DNA of 63,512 bases from Octopus bimaculoides (taxonomy: Eukaryota): the NCBI RefSeq assembly GCF_001194135.2, contig NC_068984.1, positions 73,185,646 to 73,249,157 of the forward strand, given 5' to 3'. Under the pieces are notes generated by a model that was not told the DNA's origin, searched no databases, and saw only the letters and a program-made list of their open reading frames with translations. A program made the position numbers and the translations under genes. Positions 40,538-54,035 of this stretch are shown in pieces (position 1 is the first letter of the stretch; every line of letters starts with the position of its first letter).

Positions 40538-41699
40538 CGGATTTTTTATGACAATGTTTTGCCAGAGACTAGAAGAATATTTTCGTTTCATTTAATTTCC
40601 TTTTCGAAATAATCCTATCCAATATTGACTGACATCCTTCCGGATGTATATAATGAGAGCTGGTCGTGCAGAAAGATTGATCCAATAATTTATACTGCTT
40701 TTTAACAAACGTGCCTATGTAAAAAAATTGAATTTCGAAAAGGCCAGAAAGAATGATTATTGGCGAAGTCGGTAGGCATAAAAAAATATCTCCAATTCGA
40801 ACTACTGCACTACCCTAAGTTTTGAGTTCGAATCGAATTTATATTTGACCTTCCTCTAACCGAGGAATTTACAGTGAAAAAGTGAAGATGATAGATAATC
40901 GACTAAACACATGATGACTTCTTTCTATACTAGAAACACGCTATGTAGTTACGTTCTTTTACTTTATAGGTTCAAATAACGCTGAAATAGTCTTTACTCT
41001 TGATTCTTACGAGGGCTCAATGAAATCATCTGCACACTTCTCTAACAATTGTGTGGCCTTGCGCCACTATTACAAATCAATATTTGTGTGGTCCATCTTG
41101 GTAGTGCAGCCAAGTAGAAAACGCGCGCGTGCGTGCACGCACATACACACACAAATAAAAAAAAGAAGCAATACTAATAATAACAGAATGGAATGCCTAA
41201 AAATAATGTTAAATTTCCGTCGACTAATTTGAATCACCTAAAGGCTATAGCCTGATATTTATATCATTACGAAAATATATTTACTCCGTTCTTCGCTTGT
41301 ATTGATTTTTAATAGTTCGTTAAACAGTTTATGAAAGATGAAAAGCAAATGTAATTGGATAAACAAAGAAATTGCTAGACAAAACAAAAATATAATAAAT
41401 AAGGGAACAACTAAAACAAAACATCAAGAAATAATTTAAGATGTTTAAGTAATGAGAGAATTTGCAAACCAAGCAGTAGCCGAAAGAAAATCAACGTTCA
41501 TTACACACAACTGATGTAATAGAAAAAGAAAAAAGAGTAAAAATAAAATATAGGCTATTTATTAAGTTTTGCTGAAATATTTTTGGATACCATAACACAA
41601 GCTTATACACACACATGTGTCATGTACATATATACATGTATATATGTCTGTATGTAAGTATGTATGTATGTTTGTATGTATGTGTATGTGTATGTGTAT

Positions 41700-41866
41700 G
41701 TGTTGTGTCGAAGCCCCCAGGCGGAGAAGTAGGATCTCTCAAGACATGTAAATAGAGATAGTCTGGCCGTGGTAGAGTGTTGAGTAGCAGTCGAGTAGCA
41801 GTTGTGTAGCGGTTGAGTAGAGATCATCCGAAGGTGATAGATAGCAGTAGCTTGAGACATAACAGC
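41700..41866 (+). repeat. Unclassified interspersed repeat (possibly LTR-like), partial copy; partner 49742-49996 in opposite orientation
   Basis: tgttgtgtc...ggcg(g/a)agaagtaggatct...gttgagtagcagtcgagtagcagttgtgtagcggttgagtagagatc...agcagtagcttgagacataaca is shared by both copies. Confidence 0.8.
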
Positions 41867-43684
41867 ATGTATGCAGCTATATATATATATATATATATAT
41901 CGTCAGTAGTTCATATGTCCGAAAAGGAAGCACACTCTAAAGCATTAAATCAGTAACATATTTTTTCGGAAGTTAATAGTCATAGAATGATCATTGGTTT
42001 GGTACCTATAAAGCGCTTAGCAGTATAGGCGACTCGTCAGATTCAAATGGCTGAAGGCATATAACTTGTCTAGAACTGGAGAAAGAAATACGTAACGGTC
42101 AGTTGGCTTTGGTAAACAAAAAATGATTGTCTGTGATGCGGGACGTGGTTAGCAGGACATTAAAAGATACTTACAGAATTCTTTGTCAACATCGACAGTA
42201 AAATACATCAAAGTGCTTCTGCAACATTCAGCACAGTTGTAGACAAGATATATAATGAGACAGCACCCGGAAATCTGATGGTGGAGACTGATTCAAGAGG
42301 ATGATCGTCTACAGAAACCCATTAATATGTATATTCAAAAGACCAATAGAAGGCCAAACTGACATACCAAATAGGCTTATTATAAAACACTTAATTGTCA
42401 ATTAATTAAAGACCCTTTGCTTACCTAAATATAACGTACACGTTTTATACAGACTGTCTCAATCAGTTCCTCGCGAATCATTTTGAGCCGAACGAGCAGT
42501 GACTGCTAAGCAGACAGGTGAAAAGAAGAGAGCCTGAGGATACGTCGAACAATTTTTTTTTTATAAACGGTGCAGCAATTTATCAAAACAGTTCTGTTAT
42601 CCATACAAAGAGAACGTTGAAGAAATGTTGTGATAGTCTGGCTTCATTATAAGAAAGAATTCAACTATATTCCTCACTCTTAGTTGAAGATTTTGTACTT
42701 GGCAGTACCTGCTAACCTAGTTGCCGCTATTGAGAGGCACACGAAAGCCTGAGCAAACATCCTCACAATTACAACAAGGAACGGAACGATCTTCTCGGAT
42801 GTTATAATTATTTCAAAGGGAATATTCGAAAGAAACACTTATTCTGTAATTTTGTTTATTTTGACATTAAATCCAGTATCATTTCTTTCGCAAAATTCTA
42901 ATGGCTACATTCTGTGTTTCACAACTGCCAGAGATACCAGTGTTACCCACAATTTCTTTATGGTTTACCTGAAGATGAATGCTAAAAATGTTTACAATAC
43001 CCAAAACTAGCTGGACTGAATAGTTATATTTTCAGTAGACATGAGGATACGATTTGAGCAAAAGAACTAATTGTATATGACTGTTGAAAGTGGGAAACTA
43101 ATCCCTCAAATCTAAAACCTATGCTTCAACAGTCTCTCTATCTCTTCTAGTCTACACAAATAACTCCACACAAGGAATACAAAAGCTTTAATGTGAACAT
43201 ATCATAAGCAGAAGTTGTGATCATAGAAAGAGTAATCCGAGAATATTATAGCAGATTTAGAAAAATACAGCAGTCGGGTCTCCCTTCTTACAAGACATTA
43301 TGGCACAGTATATTTTCAGTATCATTGCTGATATCAGCATTTGGGATACTTGGGATACGCTCTATACGCATTAAAGCCGCCAAGATCCTGAGATTATCTC
43401 AAAACTTCTAGTAGACTGTGCCGAGAGCAAATTTGGCTGGTTTGTTTTTTTAGGGTAAGCAGAAGCATAAAGCTCTCTCAATGGAAATGTTATTAGTTAT
43501 CCGTTCATTATTTTTGTGCGTGTGTTATCATTCACAACTTTATAATCTCAGAATAAACATAGCACAAACTATTTTCATAAAGAAATCATTTAAATAGCTT
43601 ATAATCCTAATTTTTAAGTAACATTTAATTTCATCAGTAGTCGTGTTTTACGAAAGATTTTTTGTAATGTTTGCCGAAGCTGCC

Positions 43685-43838
43685 ATAGTGACGTCCGCGT
43701 GGTTAAGAAGGTTGTTACACAATGACATACTTTCAGGTTCCATCTCAAAGCGCAATACTCGGGGATTCTACCGCAGCCTCGGGTCGAACAAAGCTTGTGG
43801 TGGAAATTAGATAGACGGAAGTTGTGCACAAACCCGTC
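43685..43838 (+). mobile_element. Second tRNA-SINE family, 5' half
   Basis: gtggttaagaag...gcagcctcgggtcgaacaaagcttgtg..tagacggaagttg..aacccgtc. Confidence 0.65.
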
Positions 43839-44622
43839 GAAAGCAACGTTCTTATTCCTTGACTATCCTTAGCTTTTGAAAAGATGAGTACCATGTTTCT
43901 GGTCTGAAGGTAGCGTTTATTCCACTGTCATTTAATTTCTAATCAAGCCACTTAAAATGCTTGTGACGCTGACATGCCATTTACATGCTATATTCAATAA
44001 GGATTTACTTATGATCTTACTGTTTATATCCCTTATAGTTGGTGTTTTCATATTGAAGAACTATTTGTTTATTTCTTCATTAATCCTTCGGAAACTAAAC
44101 TCTGTTTATTCAAAACAAATTTCTATTATTACCAGGTTGGACTTCAAGTTTCAGATATAATACTTTCAGGATTCTACGCATATATTTTCTTTTTCCTTCC
44201 AATTAAACAACATGCTACTCTAAAGTTTCGATTTTTAATTGTAAGAATCACATTGAAAATCGTATTAAATTTTCACCACAAAAATATAGTCGACCCATTG
44301 GCAATGATCATATATACATACGTACATGCAAACATATGCATAGATAAATAGACAGCTAGATATGTATGCATATATGCACATATAAACATGTGTGTGTAAG
44401 TGTAATTTACAAACTAAGTTTACATTTTGTTTCTTACACAATCAGCCACTTTTGAAGCGTCTTTTATAAATTTTACGCATTTCCTCGCAATTTTGCACGT
44501 TACTGCTTGAATCGGTCATTTTTGGAATATATTTTCGTCTTTTTTTTTTATAATGCATAAATGTTTTATGTATAAAAAAATCAATTTCTGTTTCAAAAAA
44601 TGTCAATATTAAGTTTTCTCAA

Positions 44623-44830
44623 GATGGCGAGCTTGGCAGAATCGTTACCACTATGGGCAAAATGCTTAGAGCCATTTCGTCCGTCTTTTCATTCTGATTT
44701 CAATTGCCACCACGGTCAACTTTGCCTTTAAGAGTCGATAAAATAAGTACCAGTTAAGCACTAGGGTCAATATAATCGACTTACCCCGTCCCCCGAATCG
44801 CTGGCCTTGTGCGAAAATTTGAAACCAATA
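44623..44830 (+). mobile_element. Major tRNA-SINE, 'aaatttgaaaccaat' tail
   Basis: gatggcgagcttggcagaatcgtta...gtcaactttgccttt...ggccttgtgcgaaaatttgaaaccaat. Confidence 0.85.
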
Positions 44831-46354
44831 TTAAGTTTTCTTACATCATCTTACAAATATATGTAGAATTGCGACAATTCAAAATATCAGTACTTATTAT
44901 CTTGTAATGTTTGATAATTGTCGGCAGTGAATGAGATGCAATTCCATCTAGCTGTAAGGATATTATCATTTATTTCCCTTTAATATTTGTCTAGATTACC
45001 TATAATTAAAAACATTCCAGCAACCGGGTTTTTTATGAATATCTAAGACCACATTAACTAACTTGTACATTTTTTAAGATGTTATGATATGAGGAACACT
45101 TTGCTGTTGCTTCTGTTATGTCAACGACGGATGTCAAAGGCTCTCTTACTAGCTTTTAATAAGTAAGGTTGAATTGAAAGGGGATTTCGATGTTGTTTAT
45201 GTTTTGTCGAGTGATAGAGTAGAGAATGTCTCACTAGTTCAAGCCTCCTCGCTGGACTGATCTAATATGAGGTGGAAAATCTACATCTTGTTACAGTAAT
45301 GCTCCGTGAAATTTATGTGTTTCAAGCCAACGGCATAGCAGATTTCCACTGCGATGGTCATTCTATGCAGAGAGAGATCTAGTGATGCCTTTTTGATTTA
45401 CCCAAGATGTTTATAAAAGGCATTTTCATTGACATTAGTGACTTAATTATTCTTCTGGATTCTGGATTACTACTAACAGTAACATCACTTCTTACAACAC
45501 TAACTCCACGATAGTGAAGTTATGTTAAAAGAACCAACGGGCAGTTTCTATGTGGTTACGTGAATTGCAAGAAATAGCAGTAAAAACTCTTTCAAAACAG
45601 CCTAATGTCTTACATGAACAATGATACATTGAACATTGTAGTCAGAGCTGAATTGGGCTAAACACGTTGTTACAACACAGATACTTATAACGTATTAAGC
45701 CACAGAAGATATATGAATATCGTTTCATTTTGCTATATACTTAACATTCGACATAGAGAGTTTTAACTCAACAAATTTTAAAAAAGAAAAGAATTGAATT
45801 AAAGATAATTTTAAACTAATAAATGTTAGCGTATAGAAATGCCTCCCAGCATGAAAACCTTAATGAAAATCTTAGCATCAAATCGAAAAATCAGAGAGAA
45901 ATCTAGATTAGAATTAAAATAAAAAATAGACTCACACGAACGAATAAGCAAAAACAAAATTATAGAATAATTAATTGTATAAACTATTCCTGAAATATGT
46001 AGTTAATTTCATGCTAATCAAACAGGAAAATAAAATGATTTCAATTGAAAAGTAAATGATAAATTCGTCTTTTTAATACACAAAGATAAAGTATTTTACA
46101 AACTATATAAATACAAACGAGAAATTATAAATGAAACGCCTCAGAGATATTTTGCTTGCAACGGATCATAATTTAACATATTTACTATAATTTGAGAAAA
46201 TGCACACAAATAAACATACACACACACACATAAATAATTGAATTTTTCATCGAGTAATGTAATAAACTATATAACAGAAACATTATTTGCATGAATAAAA
46301 TAATGAGAACGTAATGATGATGACAATGATGATAGTACTACTACTAAATTGTAA

Positions 46355-46545
46355 TCTTTTCTATTATAGGCACAAGGCCTGAAATTTTGGGAGGGCAGGT
46401 GGAAAATTGATTACATCATAGACTGGTATTTATTTCATCAACCCCGAAAGAATGAAAGGCAAAGATAACCACGGTGGAATGTGAACACAGAACGAAAAGG
46501 CAGACGAAATTCCGTTAAGCAATTTTATCTGCATGCTAATGATTT
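46355..46545 (-). mobile_element. Major tRNA-SINE copy
   Basis: ggcacaaggcctgaaattttggg...accccgaaagaatgaaaggcaaag...acgaaattccgttaagc. Confidence 0.85.
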
Positions 46546-46766
46546 TCATTATAGCAACTCATGGTCAAGCGCTGCAAAGGAACATCTTGAGAAAATGTGC
46601 ATGGAGAAAATGTGACCGCAAAAGGAAGAGTGTCTAGTATTTGAAATGAAAAATGGCATGTATTGTTGAAGAATACCCCAAGTTGGTCCGGGTAGAATAT
46701 GAAAATATAGAGAGCATTATCAAATAGTAAAAGTTTTACACTGGAAACTTTGTCGGAAATAGAGGT

Positions 46767-46799
<33 letters not shown>

Positions 46800-46984
46800 N
46801 NNNNNNNNNNNNNNNNNNNNNNNNNNNNNNNNNNNNNNNNNNNNNNNNNNNNNNAAAGGCAAAGCTGGGAGGTGTTTTTAGGACACTTCCTTATAAATGT
46901 CCTGAAAACTCCTCACAGCCTTGGCTTTGTTATCTCTTTTGTCTAATATATATATATATATATATACATATATGTATATATGCA

Positions 46985-47090
46985 TACGTATACAATGGGC
47001 TTCTGCAGCGGCCTGAGGTTATAGTAGAAGACATCTGCTGAAAGTTCCTTGCCATGGGATTGAAACTGAAACCCCGTGATTGCAACATGA
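46985..47090 (-). mobile_element. Second-family tRNA-SINE fragment
   Basis: gggcttc...ggcctgaggttatagtagaagaca...catgggattgaaact is the reverse of the 43685-type head. Confidence 0.5.
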
Positions 47091-47545
47091 CCTCTTCTCT
47101 TCTTTCATGAACAATTTGCCGTTCTTGCAACAATTGCTGCTGCTCCTGTTGTTGCTTTTGTTGGTGTTGGTTTTGGTGTTGTCACTATTCCAGTCGATTA
47201 TCGCTGTCGATTTGGCGCAGTTATTTGGAATTTGAACTTTTAATGCTTGAAAATCGTTCTTCACCATTTCCGGGTGTTACATTATGAATTTATCTTCAGC
47301 TTATAACGCTATGTTAAATTTTAAAATAATTTTCCAAAATTCAGCCCCAACGGTGGAGAAACGAAGAGGCCTGTAATAAACCTGTATGAGCTTGTTGCCT
47401 AAAAGAAATGTCATCTGAGAAAATTTCAACAATCAACAACTTTTGAACATACAAACGAACAAACTTACGTGTGACTCGAAGCTACTTATGGCTAACAGCA
47501 ACATCACAGTCGATTCCTACAATCAATACTGCAACAACAATTATT

Positions 47546-47755
47546 ATTTCAACGATAAGCACAAGGCCTGAAATTTTAGGGAAATGCATTATTCGATTAT
47601 ATCAACCCCAATGGTCAGTTTGTACGCAGTGTTTCGACTGTAAGGAGGAAAGGCAAAGTTTCAACCTCAGCAACATTTCAACGCAGAAAGTAATACCGGA
47701 TGAAATGCTATGAAGCATTTTGTCTGGCGTTGTTAACGATTCTGCCTGCTCACCA
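47546..47755 (-). mobile_element. Major tRNA-SINE copy
   Basis: gcacaaggcctgaaatttt...aaggcaaagtttcaacctcagc...ttaacgattctgcc. Confidence 0.85.
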
Positions 47756-47782
47756 CATTACTTCAGAACTTTAGTAATTAAT

Positions 47783-47994
47783 ATTCTCTACAAAAAGCAT
47801 AAGGTATGAAATTTTGGAAGATGGGGCCAGCTGATTAAATCGACACCACTGCTCAACTGATATTATTTCATCGAAACTACAAGGATGAAAAGCAAGCTCT
47901 ATCTCGGCAGCATTTGAACACGGAACGTAAAGATGAGCGAAATGCCGCTAATTAGTTTGTCCATCGTGCTAACAAATCTGCCAACTGGCTACCT
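47783..47994 (-). mobile_element. Major tRNA-SINE copy
   Basis: ggggccagctgattaaatcgac...aaggatgaaaagcaa...gaaatgccgcta...gtgctaac..tctgcca. Confidence 0.85.
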
Positions 47995-48311
47995 TCTATA
48001 ACAACTATGATAATAAAAACAAAATTGATGAATATGATGATGAAGATGATGATGATGATCAATATTTTTCTTTTTTTACCATGATAATCAAATAAAACGG
48101 CAATGCTATATACAAATATTAATCAATAATACAGAAGGAAGGGTAAGTATATGTTGAGCATTGGATTTCTGCAGCGAAGTTATTTCTAGCTTGGCTTTGA
48201 ATTATTTTGCTGTGATAGAGGAACCGTGAAGTTTAATGTCGGTTCTCACAAATGCAAAAGACAATCTGCTGTTTAAATCTCGTATGTAGTTTTAATAATA
48301 ATAATAATAAT

Positions 48312-48528
48312 AGTTTCAAATTTTGCCACAAGGGCCGCCGTTTTAGGGGCAAGGATGTGTCGATTCGATTACATTGACCTCAGTATTTCACTGTTATTTA
48401 ATTTATTGACCCCAGAAGGATGAAAGGCAAAGTCGACCTCGGTGGATTTTGAATTCAGAACGTAGCGACGGGCGAATAACGCTAAGCATTTAGCTCGGTG
48501 AGCTAACGATTCTGCCAGCTCGCCACCT
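48312..48528 (-). mobile_element. Major tRNA-SINE, full length, 'aaatttgaaac' tail
   Basis: gtttcaaattttgccacaagg...aaggcaaagtcgacctcgg...gattctgccagctcgcc. Confidence 0.9.
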
Positions 48529-48550
48529 TATCATCATCATCATCATCATC

Positions 48551-48598
<48 letters not shown>

Positions 48599-48649
48599 TA
48601 ATTGATTTCAAATTTTGGCACAAGGCCAGCAAGTTCAGGGAAACAGGTC

Positions 48650-48960
48650 AGTTCACCCTTACCATTTTTGCCACAGTTACCTCTCTTTTCACAAATTCAG
48701 CGAGATGTAGCACTTCCCGCTCCACCCGCAGTTTCCTTTCCAAGTGGAGCTTAAAAAAGTTGATGAGGACTTGACCAAAGAGGAAAGTGCCTTTCCTCAA
48801 TCCTTGCAGCCTCGATTACCCGCAACCTCTTTCGTCATAGCCTTTCGACTGAGGAACACCGTCTGCCCTACTTTGTTAAAGGTGGTTAGTGGGACCCTCC
48901 TTACGAAGAATTCAGCCGATAGAAGGACTCATCCCACATGTAATAACAACTGTTCAACAT
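48650..48960 (-). mobile_element. Internal Tx1/L1 ORF2 C-terminal fragment, joined to a SINE tail stub at 48600-48645
   Basis: Minus translation ...FHLERKLRVEREVLHLAEFVKREVTVAKMVRVN is homologous to the 8708-9744 C-terminus. Confidence 0.75.
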
Positions 48961-49142
48961 AATTCCAATGATAAAGGATTTTTTAAAAATATAAGAAAAG
49001 TAGAGAATACTTAAAGGTCTACTCTAAATAGTTACTTATTCTGCAGAAAGAATAAAAGCATGATAAAACCATTGGAACAAAATCTAAACAAGTGAGAAGG
49101 AACCGGATAAACGGAACAAAGCAAAACTCCCTTTAGAATATT

Positions 49143-49355
49143 CTTTTCTACTCTAGGCATAAGGCCCGAAATTTTGGAGGAGAGGCCAGTCGATTAGATC
49201 GATCTCAGTACGCAACTGGTACTTAATTTATCACCCGCGAAAGGATGCAATGCAAAGTCGACCTCGACAGAATTTGAACTCAGACCATAAAGACAGACGA
49301 AATACCGTTAAGTATTTTGCCCGGCGTGCTAACGTTTCTGCCATCTTGCCGTCTT
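49143..49355 (-). mobile_element. Major tRNA-SINE, full length, with 17-bp target-site duplication
   Basis: actccctttagaatatt at 49126-49142 and 49356-49372; tail agagtagaaaagaat. Confidence 0.95.
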
Positions 49356-49512
49356 ACTCCCTTTAGAATATTGTTTATATTAAGTTTTACCGAATATTAT
49401 AAGAAAATAATTGTTAAAATTTCTAAAATAAAGAAAAATCAATTTTCTTTTCTTTTATAAATTTCTTTCATAAATTTCTTTGTCACTTTTACACTTTTCA
49501 TCATCTATATTC

Positions 49513-49555
<43 letters not shown>

Positions 49556-49741
49556 CCTATTTCTCTCTCCTTCTCTTTCACTCTGATTAGCTTGGTGCTT
49601 CACTTTTTACCCGTCCTTCAGTTTTTCTTTACTAACGCTGCATTGTTGTATGAAAGATAACTTTTACCAGACATACATTTCCCTACAGTCTTTCCGGTAC
49701 AGATTAGATACCTTAATCCTTCATCCACTCGCTTAATCGTC

Positions 49742-49996
49742 TGTGCGCCGCGGCCAAAGTAATTGGACGTATCCTGGCGGAGCTCATCCCTCTCTAGATG
49801 AAGACAATTTCTTCCAGAGTGTTATGTCTCAAGCTACTGCTATCTGGCACCATCGGACGATCTCTACTCAACCGCTACACAACTGCTACTCGACTGCTAC
49901 TCAACTGCTACTCAACACACCTACCACAGCCAGACTACCTCTATTTATATGTCTTGGGAGATCCTACTTCTTCGCCTGAGGGCGTTGACACAACAC
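49742..49996 (-). repeat. Unclassified interspersed repeat, longer copy with 11-bp tandem units
   Basis: Reverse-complement match to 41700-41866; (ctgctactc(g/a)a) x3. Confidence 0.8.
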
Positions 49997-51513
49997 AGAG
50001 ACACAAAGTAGAAAAGAAACGAGAATGATCAACCACGATACAGGACTGGTACCGGGAATGGGTAGCCTGAACAATTAACAAAGTGCAAGAACGAATAGCT
50101 TGAATCGTATCTAGCGCATTAGTAACTGTACGAAATTGCCATCATATACTTGTCTCCCAAAGAGAATGAATCTAAAAAGATTTACTGATTTTAAATTTTG
50201 GCAGTTCGTAACCTGTTGAATGAGATGCGCTAAGTTGGGATAGAAACAGGTTATTTTTTCTTATATCTATCCATCTGGCGTTTTAATGAATACAACTACT
50301 GGGCGAGTGAAGGTCAAATGTTATGTGGTAGTAACTGTGATGGTAACGTTCCACTTGCTGTGTAACTGCAGATCAGCTCTTCATCTAAGGGATAGCTCAT
50401 TCAATGTGTTCATGTTTACATTGTTCTGTATTGTTCCCTCTTTCCTTTTGTACTATACCTTGAACTAATTACTCAGTATGTCCACTTTGTGTTCAGATTG
50501 TAGGTTAATTTATCTGCTATTTCTTGCAAGTCGAGCGATCATGTAGACAATCCCATGTTGTTGCTGTTTTTGTTGTTGCTGTTGTTGTTTAGCGCTTCAT
50601 CAAATCAGAACAAATATATGATCCTAAATGCTTCAGCCGTGATAAGCCCGATTATATTTTAGAAACTACATTGCTTATTGAATAAATCATGACGTTAAGA
50701 TGTGAGTCAAAGATGGCTCTGTTATTTCTAGCTGGTCAAACTTCTGCGAAGAGCTTCCTTCGCTGGCTATAGTCGCTGGAGAATAATTTGGTCATCACTA
50801 AATACCTGATTTTCTGAAATGATTGAAATACACTGGAATGATTTCCAGTCATCCCGCCTTGATTCACAAATGGAGCTGAAATAAAGGCTGAATAGTTTTA
50901 TTATCCTGCAACTGCTTACGAATGACAACAATCAGCAATATCATGATATATCTATTTAGGCTTACGGGAATTAGGTTTTCCAGAAATCGAAAAAAGTCAA
51001 CAAATTGGAATAAATGATTTATCAGTGAGGAAGAAGAGAGAAGAAACAAATATTATTTTTCTTGATGGTAGCCACAACGCAAATATGTCGGGGAAACTCA
51101 ACTCGTCAAGTTTTCGGATCTAAATTGCTTAGTTCCGTATTGATTCGATTATTTTATCTATCAAGCAACTTAGATAGTGTTACTGTATTAACTGAATAAT
51201 AAAACTTATTTTCAAAGAGACGATAACATCAGTGTTTTTTCAGATGTGGTGTCTCTTTCACTACATTAAGAAATCTATCCTTCCTACAGCAAACGACTCT
51301 AAGTCGGCAAGATACTATTTAGAAAAGACGTGGGTGATGTTTCTAACATGACAAACAGTGTCATAGAAGGTTCATATATAGCTCAACAAAATGAGTCGCT
51401 CATATGAACAAATTAGTGTGTGACTCAGAAATGAGCTAAATATTGGATTTCGACTGCTAACAGTACTGTCTGACGTTCATACCATATCAACTCACACGAA
51501 AATTTCGGTATTT

Positions 51514-51660
51514 GAAGGCGCGCGGCTTAGTGCTTAGGGTGTTGCATTCATGAACGTAGGATTGTGGTTTCGATTCCTGGACGGGACGATGCGTTGAGTT
51601 CTTGAGCAAAGTTCTTCATTTGAAGTTTCTCCAGTCCACTTAGCTGGCAAAAAAGTGTAG
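51514..51660 (+). mobile_element. tRNA-SINE with CORE-like cttgagcaa body
   Basis: ggcgcgcggcttagtgcttaggg (A-box) ...ggtttcgattcct (B-box) ...gttcttgagcaaag...ctccagtccacttagctggcaaaa. Confidence 0.75.
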
Positions 51661-52565
51661 TCTTGCGTCGTACCGGTGCTCCGTCCATTGGAAAGTATGT
51701 AAACACCTCAGAATATGGGATATCGGCTCGGGAAGGATCTTTAAAACGTTTAATATGTAGTGCAGTAAACAACTTTAATACCTGCATACTTTCTTCAACA
51801 ACACTCATTTATCCATCAGTATCATCTTCAATGTGTCTAATCACTCAGATTCCAATCTAAACATTTGCCGCGGGTGCCAGTATGTAATTAAGTACCGATT
51901 GTTACTTAGACAAGGGTTAGTCTACCATTAACAAACAACCATACTAATCACATACCACACTCCACAAAATATAAGATCCACATGTCATACCTAACATTTT
52001 GGTAGGATATTTCAAAGTTGAGACATCATCTTTTACGCCTTCATATACACTATACAAAATTACTTCCAAGAATACTGATCAAATATAATTAACTTCCTGT
52101 ACAAGAACCAAATCTGATTGAAACCAAACGTAGTTTCCCAAACAATCATTAGGGATCCATTGCGTAATTTCGACCTAGATATACAAAAATATGTGATGTT
52201 ATAGTAGTAACTGTAATGACTTTGATCATTTGCCTACTCAATCAGTGCTGACCCAGGGTTAATAGCAACAATTACAACAAAAACTTCACTGATAACAATA
52301 TTCTTAAAAACAACGATTTGCGGAGTTTCAAACTGAACATCATCCGCATCAATTTCTTCTGTCATCGCGATCATGCCAGTCTCACGGTCAGAGAATCCCA
52401 CTGTATCACTATTTTGTTTTTAAAACAAAGTGACAAACTTATGAGACTTAGTATCCAATTAAACATCAGATAATTGCTATATCGTAAAAGGAAAAAAAAA
52501 TCAAGAGTGGTAATGATAGGGTAGAATATCAGCAGGATTGATTAATATAAATTAATAAGATTGCA

Positions 52566-52603
<38 letters not shown>

Positions 52604-52680
52604 ATAACAACAAAAAAATATTGGCAATAAATAAAAAGTATGTTTTTGCGTAAATATAAAGGGACAGATGTACATGTGTT

Positions 52681-52732
<52 letters not shown>

Positions 52733-53292
52733 TACATACATATATATATATACATATATGTATACATGTATACACACAGAAAGAGAGAGAGTGAGAGGGA
52801 TATGAGGAAGTAAATATGTATGTATATATGTATATATGCATTTACGTAGGTAGATAGACTGGTTGGCAACTAGATACGAATATAGGAATGTGGGCAGACT
52901 ACTGCTATGTAAAATCTAAGCTGTCTCTTTTGAGAGTAATTACATTGATTTGTTCGTTGTTCACAATATAGCCACCATTCTATATAGTTACATAGCTACG
53001 TAGTTACGTATGTAATTTAAGGATTTTTGAACTGACATACAAAATGATGAATGTGCGAATAATTTCAGAACAGCTAAATATCGCAACTGGCTCACCACGA
53101 GACTTGTTGATGTTAACTCACACACACACTGACTAGACGGATATAATAATGATGTACCATTTTATGGCATTGTACATTGTCGTATTAAATTTTTCTTTTT
53201 TTTTCTTTCTTTTGGTGGCTAGATATTTTACCGTTAAATAGCCAGCCGAGGCAAAAATCGTTCAGTTGTCTGTAGGCACGTATATGCGTATG

Positions 53293-53326
<34 letters not shown>

Positions 53327-53463
53327 TGCATGCATGCATGCATGTATGTATGCATGTTTGTGTGCGTGTGTATGTATGTACGTACGTGTGTATCTATGTA
53401 CGTGTGTATGTATGTACGCATGTATGTATTATGCATGTATGTATCTACCTGTATATATAAATA

Positions 53464-53501
<38 letters not shown>

Positions 53502-54001
53502 NNNNNNNNNNNNNNNNNNNNNNNNNNNNNNNNNNNNNNNNNNNNNNNNNNNNNNNNNNNNNNNNNNNNNNNNNNNNNNNNNNNNNNNNNNNNNNNNNNN
53601 NNNNNNNNNNNNNNNNNNNNNNNNNNNNNNNNNNNNNNNNNNNNNNNNNNNNNNNNNNNNNNNNNNNNNNNNNNNNNNNNNNNNNNNNNNNNNNNNNNNN
53701 NNNNNNNNNNNNNNNNNNNNNNNNNNNNNNNNNNNNNNNNNNNNNNNNNNNNNNNNNNNNNNNNNNNNNNNNNNNNNNNNNNNNNNNNNNNNNNNNNNNN
53801 NNNNNNNNNNNNNNNNNNNNNNNNNNNNNNNNNNNNNNNNNNNNNNNNNNNNNNNNNNNNNNNNNNNNNNNNNNNNNNNNNNNNNNNNNNNNNNNNNNNN
53901 NNNNNNNNNNNNNNNNNNNNNNNNNNNNNNNNNNNNNNNNNNNNNNNNNNNNNNNNNNNNNNNNNNNNNNNNNNNNNNNNNNNNNNNNNNNNNNNNNNNN
54001 N

Positions 54002-54035
<34 letters not shown>

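Noticed and set aside
41008-41045. TACGAGGG mariner-like terminus
   Set aside because: No partner TIR or internal sequence was found.
46930-47267. Q-rich or N/S-rich minus-strand ORFs
   Set aside because: Derived from a degenerate (CAA/CAG) tract with in-frame stops nearby.
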